A stretch of DNA of 64,000 nucleotides from Macrostomum hystrix (lineage: Eukaryota > Animalia > Platyhelminthes): assembly GCA_950097015.1 (NCBI GenBank), contig CATNEN010000039.1, positions 3,100,001 through 3,164,000 of the forward strand. The letters run 5' to 3'. The notes under the pieces are model-generated. The model was not told the origin of the DNA. It saw nothing but the letters and a program-made list of their open reading frames with translations, and searched no databases. The translations under genes and the position numbers were made by a program. Below are positions 12,187 to 24,889 of this stretch, piece by piece (the first letter of the stretch is position 1; the number at the start of each line of letters is the position of its first letter).

Positions 12187-13626
12187 CAGTGTTGGGCATC
12201 GTTAATGAAAAACTTAACTTCGTTAACAGTTACGAAGTTAACTCTAACTGGTGAAAAAAAACTAACGATTAACGGTTAACGATTTAGCTTTTGGCAAAGA
12301 AGTAACGCAGAAATCTAAAAAAATTTAACTTTCGCCCAAAAACTTATTTCTTACAGATCGAAGCTGTTTACAAAATGTAAATACACGCATTTTCTATCCT
12401 AAAACTGTCTTTTTGTATCATTTCATATGATTATACTGTAATAAAATCGGTGTTCTATTTTATATTGCCAGTACTAAAGTCAAATGTGTTATGCCTGCCT
12501 AAATCGTCTCGTATAAACTTAATTTTTCGTACCGATGTTTTGTATCAAGATGTAAGATAATTATTTGCTTAAAGGAGGCTTGTTTAGTTAAATATAAAGA
12601 AACATCAGTGACAACCGGTTTGGCTGGTGCGCGTAACTGGATCCTAGTCGCTAATGCAGATTAGAACAAGTAAAGGGTTGACATCCAAGATAACTGAATT
12701 AAGTAATGTTGCTATAGTAGCTTTAGTCTAAATCGCCCTGAACTAGTGTCATTTAACGAATTGTCGGGATTAGCGCGTGCGCCGGCAGGCAAGCGTCATT
12801 AGCACTATCAAGTGAATTATATTAAGTAGTACTTCAGCTAAGTAAGCTTGAGAGTGCAGCCTTCCGAACATCCTAGTCATTTATTTTAAATGGCGACCAC
12901 CCAGCCATGAAAACATTACAATACGGTAGTACGGACACGGTACAGAGATAGAGCTAGCTACCGGGTGCATATATCAATATATTTGGGCATTTGGCCAGAC
13001 TGCCAGAGCCAGATACCGCTCATGCAAGAGTGAGATGGCAAGATAGTAAGATAAGACGGTATATATGATAGTACCGTGCATACCATACGTATACTCAATA
13101 CTCCCATTCCCAAAACACCTTGCTAACTGTCTGTCACGTGTCACTGAGAATAGAGATCAGGGAAAATTATTGGTTTCTTATTTTGCAAGCTTATTCTGTT
13201 CTGTGTGACTGACTGACTAGCCGCTTATCATATTGATCACTTGTTTTGTTAATTGTTGCATTGGTGCAGTGCGTCAAAGATGAAAATGATTGTTATTTTC
13301 GAAATTTATAAATTTGAAGCGTAAATTCACTAAATAGTTTCATGGAAAGTATGATTAAAACTTACCTTGACTTTCCATTTTTGGCAAATAATGTTAAATT
13401 TAGTAAAATTAATGATTTCAATGTACAATATCCCTTTTCGCTACACAGACTATTTTTTGCAAAAAAATTAACTTTTGCCATTTAACTTTTAACTTTTGGG
13501 TAAAAAATAACGAAAGTTATTAACGATCGTTAACTGAAAAAAAGTAACGGGTTTTTAACGAATTCGCAAAAACTTTAACTTCGTTAACAGAAAGTTAGCT
13601 GTTTAACTAGTTAATGCCCAACACTG
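12187..13626. mobile_element. Non-autonomous hAT-type DNA transposon (1440 bp)
   Basis: TIR CAGTGTTGGGCAT / ATGCCCAACACTG; perfect 8-bp TSD TCTTCTGC (12179-12186, 13627-13634); dense subterminal TAACG/GTTAAC motifs at both ends; no ORF. Confidence 0.9.
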
Positions 13627-14167
13627 TCTTCTGCATATATACAAGTAGTTGTCTGCCATGTCTGTCGAAGTGGTGAGTTTTTTATACCGAAATATTACTT
13701 ATACCGGGCGTGGTGGAGAGGGCCACTCTAGTAATCAGAAGACCGACGCCCCAAAAAGAGCAGCAGTTATAGCTAACTCTGTTACGTGTATGTTTAACGC
13801 AAGCCCTAATAGAATGCACCTTCCCATGGAGGTGTAGAAAATGCGCAAGAATGCGATCGGTTCAAATGCTTTCTAGGAAATATTTAAAGCAATAAAACTA
13901 GTCCTTGATTTCATTAAAAACCGAAGAACTGGAATCCCTTGAGAAATTCTTCCTCTGGCGTCAAGAAAAATTCTCTTAGCCTAATTACTCCATCTATTAA
14001 TAACCAAAACCAAAAATTAAACAAACATTGATTTACTTGAAAACAGCTTTATTTTTTATTTCGTACAGCTTCATGAATCTACTCCGCAAAAATACTAAAC
14101 GAGCGTATTTGACAATCCACCGAGTTAAGATTAGCTCAGTAACTTTTATTTTTGGGTTTAATTTGAA

Positions 14168-15826
14168 TCAGTCATTCACGGCACATGAAGGGCTGCGTGC
14201 TGACTTTCTTATAGTAGCCGCCGCACGCAGCAGCGCCTCCGGCCGTCGGAGAAGCATTTCAAGCCGGGCAGCAGCAGTTAGACGCTCGCGCCTTGCCAGA
14301 CCAGCCAGCAGGTTGATCTGCCCATTGAAGTAATGCGACATCCGACCTTCGGTTAGACGATCCCGCAATCGTGTCAGCAATCGGCGGGTGCAGTCGCCAC
14401 AGTCGTCCAGCTGCCATGGAGCGGCTCGACCAGTTACCGGCCTTCTATCCACTTCGTCTTCAGCCAGCTCTAGCAGGCAGTGCTCGACCAGAGCGCGACG
14501 ATCACCGATTTCGGGTCTGCACAGTTCGAAGACGCCACGCCAAACGCGCAGTCGCAGACCTCTGTCAGCCCTGGCGATTGAGCCCAAAACGGCGGCCTCC
14601 TTAATTGGGTATCGGAGCGCCCAAAGGCTGGCCCCAGCTTCAGGGACATCTGTGCTCGCTGATCTGATGACCACTGACATCCCTGAAGCGGTCCCAGGTG
14701 GTGCCGCGTACGCTGGATCTTCCTGATCCTCCGTACTGTCAGCTTGTACCCTGCTCTTGCTTCCGCTACTCTTCGAATCGAATGGCAGACGGAGCGTCGG
14801 TGTTATGCGCAGTTTTATTAAACGCGATCGTCTCTGGTCCATTGTTGTTATCGGTTTCTATTATTGTGAAAGAAGAAGTAACTCAGCATTGTCTGCAGAC
14901 CATGTAAAATTGAAATGTTGGACAACAAAGAGGCTTACTTGATCTTTAAACCGGTCATCATTTGCTTCCAATGGAAATGCAAACGAAATGATTGAAGTAC
15001 TCGTACATCCACTGGCTCCATCAGTAGAATTATCCATATCACATAGTGACTCGGTCTCAAAGAACTCCGGTTGAGCCTCGATGGCAACGCGAACTGTGCC
15101 GTACTCCGCGTCAAGGCGCACGCGGTGCAGTACAAGGGAGTTGGCATTGTCGGAACAAATCTGCTGCAGTGCCTGCCTGACTAGCCGCGTCGTAGCCTTT
15201 AGTGTACAGAATGGCATCAGAAACTGCCCTTCTGGCGGCTTGAGCAAATCCAGGGGGTCCTTCGCGGGAGCTCCTTTCTTATGCCTCGCGTCCCTGTTAT
15301 GCTTCGCCTTCTTCTCCTTCCTAGCAACCTGTTTTTCCGTTGTCCTCTGTTGCTGCGTTTGCTGTTGCGTTTCTTTGCTTGGTTTTTGAGCTCGCTTGGT
15401 AGGAAGCATCTGACATTCTAGAATCCTGACGGTGACAAAGCCGGGATCATCGACGGAAAACTGAAGGAGCGCTGGCAGTGCCCCGCGAGGACCGATCGGC
15501 TGCTGGATGGGCAGGAAGATCTCGCAACATTCTGCCTCACCCCAGACCAGATCGCCAGCACTGGAAGCCACGAATGGTTGCTCGAAGCACACTCTATAAG
15601 GGTTCGGGTGAAGTCGGGCGTGGAGCTCTCTGCAAAGCTTCTCAACGCAGGGCAGGTCAGCTCGAAAGCCGGCCTCCGCAGCGAGCATGTCAAACCGTCC
15701 AAAGGCTCGATCTAGCTCTTCCGAAATCTTTTCGGCAGTGATTGGTGATTTTGGTGTGCCGACATAGTCCTCGTCAAACTGGTCGACAGCGACTTGGAGG
15801 AATTCAGACGCGTCTGTTGAGTACAT
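14168..15826 (-). CDS. Mab21/cGAS-like (MB21D-fold) protein; exons 14939-15826, 14168-14857
   Basis: C-terminal Mab-21 signature LWALRYPIKEAAVL...W...CGDCTRRLLTRLRDRLTEGRMSHYFNGQINLL. N-terminal NTase-like ASSAGDLVWGEAECCEIFLP. An 81-bp phase-0 intron (GTAAGC..AATAG) joins the two ORFs. Confidence 0.8.
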
Positions 15827-17291
15827 GGGAGAGCATTCAACGTGCTCACGAGTATATTCAGTGCAAGCTTCTTAGCGCAGAGAATCGCTCTCAGACAAGT
15901 CTGTCAGTTACAATGTGTGCCTCGCCTTTTGGTTACTACAAGCAGAAAAAAAACTTTATGGAAATTGCGTCCCATGCCCATTACAGACTCTTGCCATTGG
16001 AAAAATCCTGGCCGGATCCCCTCCGCAAAGGATAGAGAAAGGGGAAGAGAGAGGAAGAAGGAAGGCAAGAGGAGCAGGCACAGCAGACACTGCTGCATGG
16101 ACAGCGCCTTCCATGGTTCTCTCGTCCCATCTATTTTCCGGATTTACCCCCCAACATGAAATTTATTGAGGTAAAAGCTATAGGCTGCAGCATCTCATAG
16201 CGTTAGTTCAGTTTTTATAATCGCCCTCATCATAGCCGGCTTGCGCTTTGCACATTGCTATCCCGCCAAATACGAGGCTGAGCGGATCGTGTCTTCCTTG
16301 CCCGCCCTGCCTATAAGTTGCCTTTTCAGGGGAGTCAACAAACAGCCGCGACGTGAAAATCCAGCCAAAGAGTTTGTTTGAATTTTGGCCTTTTTAAACT
16401 GCGCCTGTATTTTGGGCTACTGAAAATCGATAATAGAAAGCCAACCCGGACGCGCCCAGAATGCACTTTGGGAAGAGATGCTGCATGCGGGAAACCGCAG
16501 AGCAAGACCGCCTTAGAGTTAGAGCAGAGAAATTGAGAAGATGCCGTCTGCAAAAACGTCCAAAACAAACGGAAGGCAAATTTCACACATGCCGTAATTC
16601 AGCCAATTAATTTGGGATGTAAAATTCGCTAGCGTGGCTATTAATTTCAAAGCTAATGGTACATACTTTGATAGCTATGACCGTTCTTTGAGAAAAAGCG
16701 CAGACAGCATCTCGGAGAGTACATGACTTGGCGCTGAGCAACAAAATAATAAACTCAGCCAAATTACCTTCGTAGAATTCATAGCATACAGGAAGCAGCA
16801 ACCAATGCGGATGAAGCAGAAGATACAGAAGAAGAGGAGAGATGAGACGCATAGAGATGAGACTGGGGAGAGATGACAAATGGGAGACATTGGAGCTATA
16901 GGACAGACAGATGCGACAGGAGTCAGATGAGGCAGGTAGAGATAAGACAGGAGAGAGATCAACAAGGGAGAGATGAGAAGGATGAGAGCAGGTGTTAGCA
17001 GTGCCCTGGGGGCTGGATCTAGGAGCCTTGAGGGCCGCATATGACCCGTGGACCGAAGGAGGCTGACCCCTCAGGAACTTGTTTGAGCAACGGAACTAAT
17101 TCGGCAAAAAGTCTGAGTATCTCAGATGAATGTTCTGTAGCAATTTTCCAAGGTTCGCAAGGGACATAAATTACAGTCCTGAATCAAGACCGTAAAAGTC
17201 CTTATTTGATGGCTTCTTTGCACAGCGAGTATTCGATGCAAGGAAGCCTTATTTTGTAACAAAAGGCGGAGCCGAACACAAGTGTTTTTAA

Positions 17292-18924
17292 TTATACAGG
17301 TGTTTCTTCGGTCAACGCGCTCAAATCAAGATGCTCATCCAGTGGCTCTTGAACCACTGTTTCAGCTGCTATAACAGTTGAAGGACGCCAGCGACCAGCG
17401 ACGGGGCTTCCATGGCGGCAGCAGCGCCAGGTCAGCAGGTTCCAGCAGTAGCGGCGCACCTCCACGTTGAAGTAGAGCTGCAGGCACGGATTGATGGCGC
17501 TATTCGCATAGCCTAGGAGCAACAGAAAGAATTTCACCTGGTTGAGGACCTCAATTCTTTGCTGGGTGCCAAAGTCCAGCGACTTATTTTGGTCAAGAAG
17601 CGTTCGCTGACGATGCTGCAGCAGGTGCAGCCCCAAGACCACAAAGTTGAATGGGCCCCAGCAGACGGCAAAGGTGATTAGCATGACGGCAAAACGACGG
17701 ATTTCCCTCAGGCGGCGGTTGAGCTTGGCGGCCTGGGGCGAGTTGCTGGCCAGGAACTGCAGCGAGCGGACCAACGCGCGCCTTGAAGCAATGAAGAGGC
17801 AGGCAATGAAGCAGACTGGAAGCAGGTAGTGCAGCCCCATCAGCACGGCGGTGTACACATGGTTTAGCCATTTTGTATCGTCCTCGATGCATTGTCGCAG
17901 TTGGAAAAGGCCAAATATCTGCGAGTTGGTGTTATTAAGAAGGGGTGAAACGGCATCTGGTTTCAAAAGAGTTAAAAAAGGAATTACATGGTCTCGAGGT
18001 GAGAACTAAACTATATTTTATAATTAGCTCGTAGTTGATTCCGAGATCTGTCGTTCGAACTTTTGCCCGCGATTAAAACATTATTTGTTAGCCCACTGCT
18101 TCAGCTTGCACAGCTGTAAAACGGGGGTACCAGCACTCGTAGCTAGCTGAGGTAGAGACTTCAGAGGGTGTTCCGCCCCTGTCCACGGTCTAGGGCCCAC
18201 TGTACGCAGCCATTGGATGCGTTGTGCAATAGATGTGATTCGTGTGCAACAGAGCGCAGGTGCGATTCACCTTCTGATTGTCCAATCTGTGATAGACAGC
18301 GTTTGGAGCGCAGATGAGCAACGACAGCAGCCAGACGCAGCCGATCCAAGTGGCGATTCGCCGCGTTGTGAACATGGATCTCGAGCGCATCGGATGGCAC
18401 ACCACCGCGTAGCGGCAGATCGCCACCGAAGCCTGCGACCAGACGCAGACGGACACGAGGCTTCCCTGCATGAACGGCAGCAGCCGGCAGAGCACTGCGT
18501 CCCAGTGATAATCGGCCGAGAGCATCAGGCTCAGCGAGCAGGGCGCGCACACGAGCAGCACCAGAGTGTCCACTGCTGTCAGGTTGAGCGCGAAGGCGCC
18601 CTTCTTCTTGCGCACATTAGCGAAGCGTATGATGCCTGCTAGCACCAAAATGTTGATAAGCACGCCGACAAGCAGCATTAGTATTGCGACAGCGATAACC
18701 AGGTTGCCGGGAGCAAACCGCTCGCTCGACGGTAGGACCGCCTTCACGGAGTCATAGCAGTGCGACACCATTGAGAAGTCGAAGCTAAAGTTGCTGATGC
18801 ATGGATTCCATTCAACAACACTGGCACTGCTGGCCATCGCTGACAGCTCGTTCTGAAACTCCGCGTTCGACACAGAGTTGAGTCGGTGATTTTTCGGTGA
18901 ATTCAACGAAGACGAGCTGTTCAT
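17292..18924 (-). CDS. Class A (rhodopsin-like) GPCR, probably peptide receptor-like, ~426 aa; exons 18271-18924, 17292-17918
   Basis: Seven hydrophobic segments with NLTAVD (TM2), LC...ICRY..VCHP (TM3), W...LLICAP (TM4), FAVCWGP (TM6) and NSAINP (TM7). Phase-0 GT-AG intron. Confidence 0.9.
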
Positions 18925-20064
18925 GAACTTCTGCAGCGACCAATAGCAGCAGAAGAGCTCGGATGGAGATCTTGAAGGTTGTTTGTGATTCAGGGGATAA
19001 ATGAAAGGTTACATGATGGTAACTGTGCCTTCAGATAAATGCTCACAATTACGAGATACACGTCTAGGCAATGCGATGGTTGTTTCATAATTTCTTAATT
19101 CTTAATCGGTCATTCAAAAGATTGGAAAGCTGACTCACAGGTTATCAATCAATTCCAGCGGATCTGCGTTGTCGGCCATTTCCTTCCTCCTGCAATTTTG
19201 AGGACAGCTAAGACTCTAGACCTTCCTGTGAAAATGCGAATTCTCGATTGCTAGCACTTCATTTCATTGATATCAATCGCATCTGATGAGATTGAAACTG
19301 CCAAAGAGAGTTCTTTTTATGAGGCTCAAGCAAACGGCAATTGGGACTCGCGGTAGATCAAGACTAACTGTGTGAGAGGGCGTCGATGGAGCGGTATTTT
19401 AACAGGCTGACTCCGCCAGCAGCTAATAGAATCCTCCAATCAGGGGGAGAAATTAAAATTTCATTTCATAGATATCAGCGGACTGACATTGTAGTTCGTC
19501 GCTCGAAACTGAAAATTGCTGATATAAAAACGATCTTGTCATGTCTCAAAATGAAGAATTAGGCAGTGTGTGAGCGAAGGAATTAGGCTTAATCCTAGCT
19601 CCTCTTTTTGCTTTCAGTGAGTTAGTACAGGCCCTACTAAGTCAGCACCAGATGGGGCTCACGGATTAGCGTCAAAGCCAGCCGTCGACTGCTCACTAAA
19701 TCAATGTACAAATGCCGCTTATCGCCGCGGGGTTGCTGCGTGTCTGAGGAAGAATTCGTGCATCAGCCAGCAGGTTGACGCGGCTGGCAGATTAACAGAC
19801 AGGTAGGCGCTAATCCCACCGCTGCAGCGCCTGATTAGTCGACGTTAGTTATCTTTATATTTGCTATTGTACTCGTCAACTATAAATGGTTGTCTCGTTA
19901 AACACAGGATGTTTTTTCACCGGGAGCATTGAAATTAAATTCTCGGTTAATTCATTTCTTCAGCATAAATTCATTTTTTCATTTTACTTACTGAATCATT
20001 TAGGGCTAGAAAAAATAAAGCGAACAAACAAAAAATTCACTCTGCAAAACTTATCGCAACCCCA

Positions 20065-20185
20065 TGAGGGCTGTCAAACGCGTTTACCTCTTGCACCAAA
20101 GACTCCGAGCTCGATTCCGTTGCGATGCGGATGCGGAAGATGCAATATCGTCCACAGGCCTCCTGCAATTGTTACTATGTTATTA
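20065..20185 (+). mobile_element. Internally deleted SINE family A relic
   Basis: AACGCGTTTACCTCTTGCACC...GCTCGATTCCG head joined to a CCACAGGCCTCCTGCAATTGTTACTATGTTATT tail. Confidence 0.5.
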
Positions 20186-21415
20186 ATGGCGCAACCCTAT
20201 CGCTCAAATTTGCTAGGACGAAAAGTTCTAGAACTTGAAGTGGACATGACATTGGCTGGTAGTTCCTTGATTTTCATACTACTTAATGGTTCGTTCAGAC
20301 TGCCGTCAAATGACTAGATTTTGGTGTACATTATTTGATGTTTAAATTTGTGGTCACAAAAAGGATGTACGACTGAGTGCTTGCAAATATACCCATTTGC
20401 AGATGAGCAATCTGTATATTCCTGTATCAATGCGTTTGCGAGGGTATTTTTTTTTAATACAACAAAGCTGAATAAACAGATTGACTCTTGAAGCAGTTCG
20501 GATCGGACTTCAGATCCACCTTTCTCTTCACAACAAATTCAAAATACCTCGGGATCCTCGCTCTGATGCTCACAAGGGAAGCCGGAGAATATTTGACGTC
20601 GGTAGGCCTCGACGCAATGGCAGTTGTGTGTGAAGCGTGACCTCTCGATAATCATCAGAAATCCTGATCGAATGAAAATCGGTTAAACCTGTTTTTCTAA
20701 AATATTACAGAATAAATATTACATATTTGGCACAGACGACACAATTATTATTACATTAGCCTGTTAATAATTAGAGCCTGGGACTCGTCACACTTTTGAC
20801 CAAGACAATTGATTTAATTCAGCTTGTCAGATCAGGTATCCAGGTGTGCCTCTCCTGTGCTGCTTTGGAAAAATGGACAAGGCATGTAAAGAACTCATCT
20901 CGTGCGAATTCAAGCTGAGAAATTGCAACAAATGACATCGGTTAAAAATCTCATCAGAGAAAGCCGGTGTGACACTGAACAATCAGTGAATTACATCAGT
21001 TTATTATAATCGTGCTGTGTTGCAGTGATGCAACAATCGACTTCTTTATAGTTAAATAAAGGAGACAAAGTTCAATAGACTACATGCAGTCAAACAAATT
21101 AGAAACAAAACTGGACCAACTGTAACTCAAACCTAGAGACCGAAATAAGGACTGAGCTCAGCACCAACGGGCTTTCAGCTACAGCTTAACACTTTGGATA
21201 GACCGGGGTCTAGAACAACAAGGCATGAATACATTTTTACACTAGTAAAATATGGAGTTCAGACTTCAACTTGAGACAGTCAGTCCAGAAATTTACAGGG
21301 AGAAGATAAATAATGACAATATAGAAGAATTTAGCAAACATTCCAGACAAAAAGCATCGAAACAGGAAATCGTCACTGACTTGATTCAGGGCGGTCCAAC
21401 TGCAGACCCGAGGAA

Positions 21416-24400
21416 TCAGAAGAATTTGGTTCTGTTCAACGCCTGGTCAGCCAGCACGCTGTCATCGGACATTAGCTTGTCCCAGTCGGTGCCGCAGGCC
21501 ACGAAGCCCAGCCGCTTTCGCTTGGCCTGCTCTCGCAGCTCCTCCAGGTCGGCCCAGCGGACTCGCTTCTTGCCACCAGCTGTTGCAGATGACGACGCCG
21601 CCGAGCCTGATGATGAAGACATGTCGAAGTACTCCATCAGCAGTTCGCGAGAAGACGCTGTCCGCTGCTGACTGGACGCTGCTGGCGCCTGCTGATGCCG
21701 CAGTCCGTCCAATCGTTCCAGCTGGGCGTCCCGGTCAGCCTCCGACTCCCATTTGCTCGGCACAGTCAGCCGACCCTCGGCGGCGATGTCCGCTTCGTCT
21801 TCTTCGTCCACGTCGGCGGAGGCCTTGTCGTTACCAGCACCGACTGCCTTATTGCCTTCATTGTCTTCGGCATTGTCGTCATCGTCTTCGCCCATCTCCA
21901 CCAGAGTGATGTCGGACTCCTGCAACAGCGAGGCGGCATCCAGACGTTGAAAATTATTTAATGTAGCGGCAGCGGCTGCAGCAGTTGTCAATGGCAACGG
22001 TTGCCAGTGCCTAGCAACGGACTCAACATCAGCTAGGCTGCGTCCGTGAACTCCGCGTTGAGCGCAAATGGTCGGCGCAGCGCCGGCAACGTCGAGGACG
22101 AATGCGACGTAGCCGTATCGATTTGCGGCGTCGACAAACGGCACCAGCTGGTCCAGCGTCTCCAGCTGACAGTCGACGATAAGGAAGGGAAACAGGCCGG
22201 TCTCCAACTGCTTGCCAAATGCCTTCAATAGGCTGGCGCGGTACATCGGCTCGGCCTGGGCGTCGTACTCGTAGACTCCGTCCATTGTAAAGTAGTCGTC
22301 AATGCTGAGTATGCGAGGCGCCTGACCTCCCTAATTAGAAAGGTTGAGCAGAGATTAGGGCGGACATGGTTAAGAACGGAATCGGTAAAGACTACTGGGC
22401 ACATCGAGAATAAGATCAGTCGCTCGCTGCTCGTCTGTCTATTATTTAGCGCAAAATTCACGTGGCATATGTCGTAAGTAGTCATGCAGGGACGTTCACA
22501 AATAAAATCCCAGTAAAAAACACACATATAAATCTACCAGCGTACACACCTGTTGCAACTCTTTTTCCTTAATAAGACGCGCCAGGCGACTTTTGCCTGC
22601 ACCGGGTAGTCCACGCAGTATAATGCACATATTGTGAGGCCGGCTATGACGTCCAGGCGGGCACAAGAGGCTCAGTAGATCAACTGGAGGCTCCGGCGCC
22701 GGGGGAGGCGGCAGTGGCGCCAGTCGAGATGCGTCCGGCAGCGCACCTGTTGGCTTTAACGACTTGACTGAGGCAGCTGCGAACAATGGCCTCGGTTGTT
22801 GCGGCGGCGGCGGAGGCGGCGGCGGCGGCGGAGGCCTGAGCGGCTGAATCTGCATCAGTGGCTGCACAGCAGGCTGACGAGGCTTGGCAATCTCCTGCTG
22901 CATCAGCGGAACCGGTTGCTGCATTTGCGGAGGAAAGCTCTGCTGGTTTGCAATGTTTTGATGACTATGAAAGCTTCGGTACTGCTGCTGGAAGTCTTGC
23001 CTGCCTTGATGCGGCTTAGTTTGGATATGCTGCGGAGGCTTGCCTTCAGTTGCTGATGCACGAAAGTCTTGAATCGGATAGGTCTGTTGAAGCCTTTCAG
23101 GCTGCTGATGCTGTGGAAGTTTTTCTTCAGCTGCTGCTGCACGGAGGTCTTGAATCTGGTAGGTCTGGTGAAGCCCATCAGGCTGATGCTGGCACGGCTG
23201 TGTAATTCGTTGAATTCCGTATGGAAGCTTCTGTTGTTGTTGCTGCTGAATACCGTAGGGCAGGTCTTGTGGCGGCTTTTGTTGGAATTGCAGCTGAAAA
23301 TGATCCGCTTGCTGTAGCTGCTCGGGTCCTTGGTTGCGCTGTTGAAAACCGACTTTCTGCTGATGTTGCTGCTGATTAACCTCGTTAAAGCCTTGTTGCT
23401 GATAATTGTGGTACGCCTCTTGGTGATGATCGTGTTTGTCATAGTGCTGCGGATACCGCTGGGTCTGGTTCTGTCGATAGGATTCTTGATGTACTGAATG
23501 ATGTTGATAGTGGTCATTGAGTTTAACGCGCTGCTGGTATTTCTCCTGTGTCTGGCACTGCTGGCCATACTGCTCTTGATGTGCCTGATGCTGATGGAAC
23601 TGATCTTTTGCTTGGTGTTCTTGGCCATACAACCCTTGATGTGCCTGATGCTGATGGAACTGGTCTTGGGCTTGTTGTTGCTGGTCATACGGGTCTTGAT
23701 GTGCCTGATGCTGATGGAACTGGTCTTGGGCTTGTTGTTGCTGGTCATACGGGTCTTGATGTGCCTGATGCTGATGGAACTGGTCTTGGGCTTGTTGTTG
23801 CTGGTCATACGGGTCTTGATGTGCCTGATGCTGATGGAACTGGTCTTGGGCTTGTTGTTGCTGGCCATACGGCTTTTTATGTGCCTGATGCTGATGGAAC
23901 TGGTCTTGGGCTTGTTGTTGTTGGCCATATGGCTTTTTATGTGCCTGATGCTGATGGAACTGATCTTTTGCTTGGTGTTCTTGGCCATACAACCCTTGAT
24001 GTGCCTGATGCTGCTGGAACTGGTCTTGGGCTTGTTGTTGCTGGCCATACGGCTTTTTATGTGCCTGATGCTGCTGGAACTGGTCTTGGGCTTGTTGTTG
24101 CTGGCCATACGGGTCTTGATGTGCCTGATGCTGCTGGAACAGATCGTGTGATTGGTTTTGTTGAGTAAGATGCTGCTCTTGGTGAACCTTGTGTTGCTGG
24201 TACACCGCAAATCCTTGGCGGTACTGGTTCTGTCTCGGATTGTCTGTTTGATGATGCTGATACTGCTCAAGCTGATTTGGATTGCAGTGCTCAGTCCCCA
24301 GCTGCTCATGTTGCTCTGGCTGCGGCTGCCGCTGCTGAAATTGGTTATGCTGTCTAATTTCTTGTTGAAATTTCTGTTCCTCAGGTTGATTCCGTGGGTA

Positions 24401-24889
24401 AGTACGGTCCTCTTGTGGCGAAAAATCTTGCTGATATTGGTCTCCTTGTGCATCAGGCGCCTGATACCAATCCTGCTGCATTTGATGCTGCTGAAGTCGC
24501 GCACCTATAGGTGGTGGCGGAGGTCTAAGATTCATTAATGGCACAGGTTGTTGATTTTGCTGGCCCTGCTGAGTAGGTGGTGGTCTAGTTGGCAACTGGC
24601 TGCTACCAATGGGCCTTAGCTGTATTGGGGTCTGTTGCCGTTGAAAGAGAGTGCGCTTTGGAATGATATTCTGGCCAAATATATTTCCAATGCTGCCAAT
24701 TCCTCCAGCAACGCCTGCAGGCTGATGCTGCTGTTGAGGGGGTCCATCCCAAGCACGTTTTCTATTTGGCAATAGTGGAGGTATTAGTTGTTGCCCAGAC
24801 ACAGTACCAGAACCAGCAGCACTAGTGCCTATGCTTGGTGTAAAGCCAATTGCTGCTGCAATTGCAGGTCTCAATGGTGGCCGCCAGTC
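21416..24889 (-). CDS. YLPM1: YLP motif-containing protein 1 (YLPM1/ZAP3), PP1-binding P-loop protein; exons 22550-24889, 21416-22330; start codon not found
   Basis: Pro/Gln-rich N-terminus, P-loop IILRGLPGAGKS, RILSIDDYF, YEYDAQAEPMYRASLLKAF, SKWE, LERLDG, PP1 motif KKRVRWADLEE, C-terminal ALNRTKFF. Introns/acceptors are phase 0. Confidence 0.92.
23560..24140 (-). repeat. Coding 60-bp tandem repeat (~9-10 units) in YLPM1, encoding QQQAQDQFHQHQAHQDPYDQ-like 20-mers
   Basis: 60-bp periodicity is directly visible at 23581-24140. Confidence 0.95.

Noticed and set aside
19283-19298. CTGATGAGATTGAAAC hammerhead-like string
   Set aside because: Flanking stems I and III cannot be formed.
22903-24538. 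Alternative-frame and antisense ORFs over the YLPM1 Gln-rich exon
   Set aside because: Shadows of CAG-rich repetitive coding sequence.
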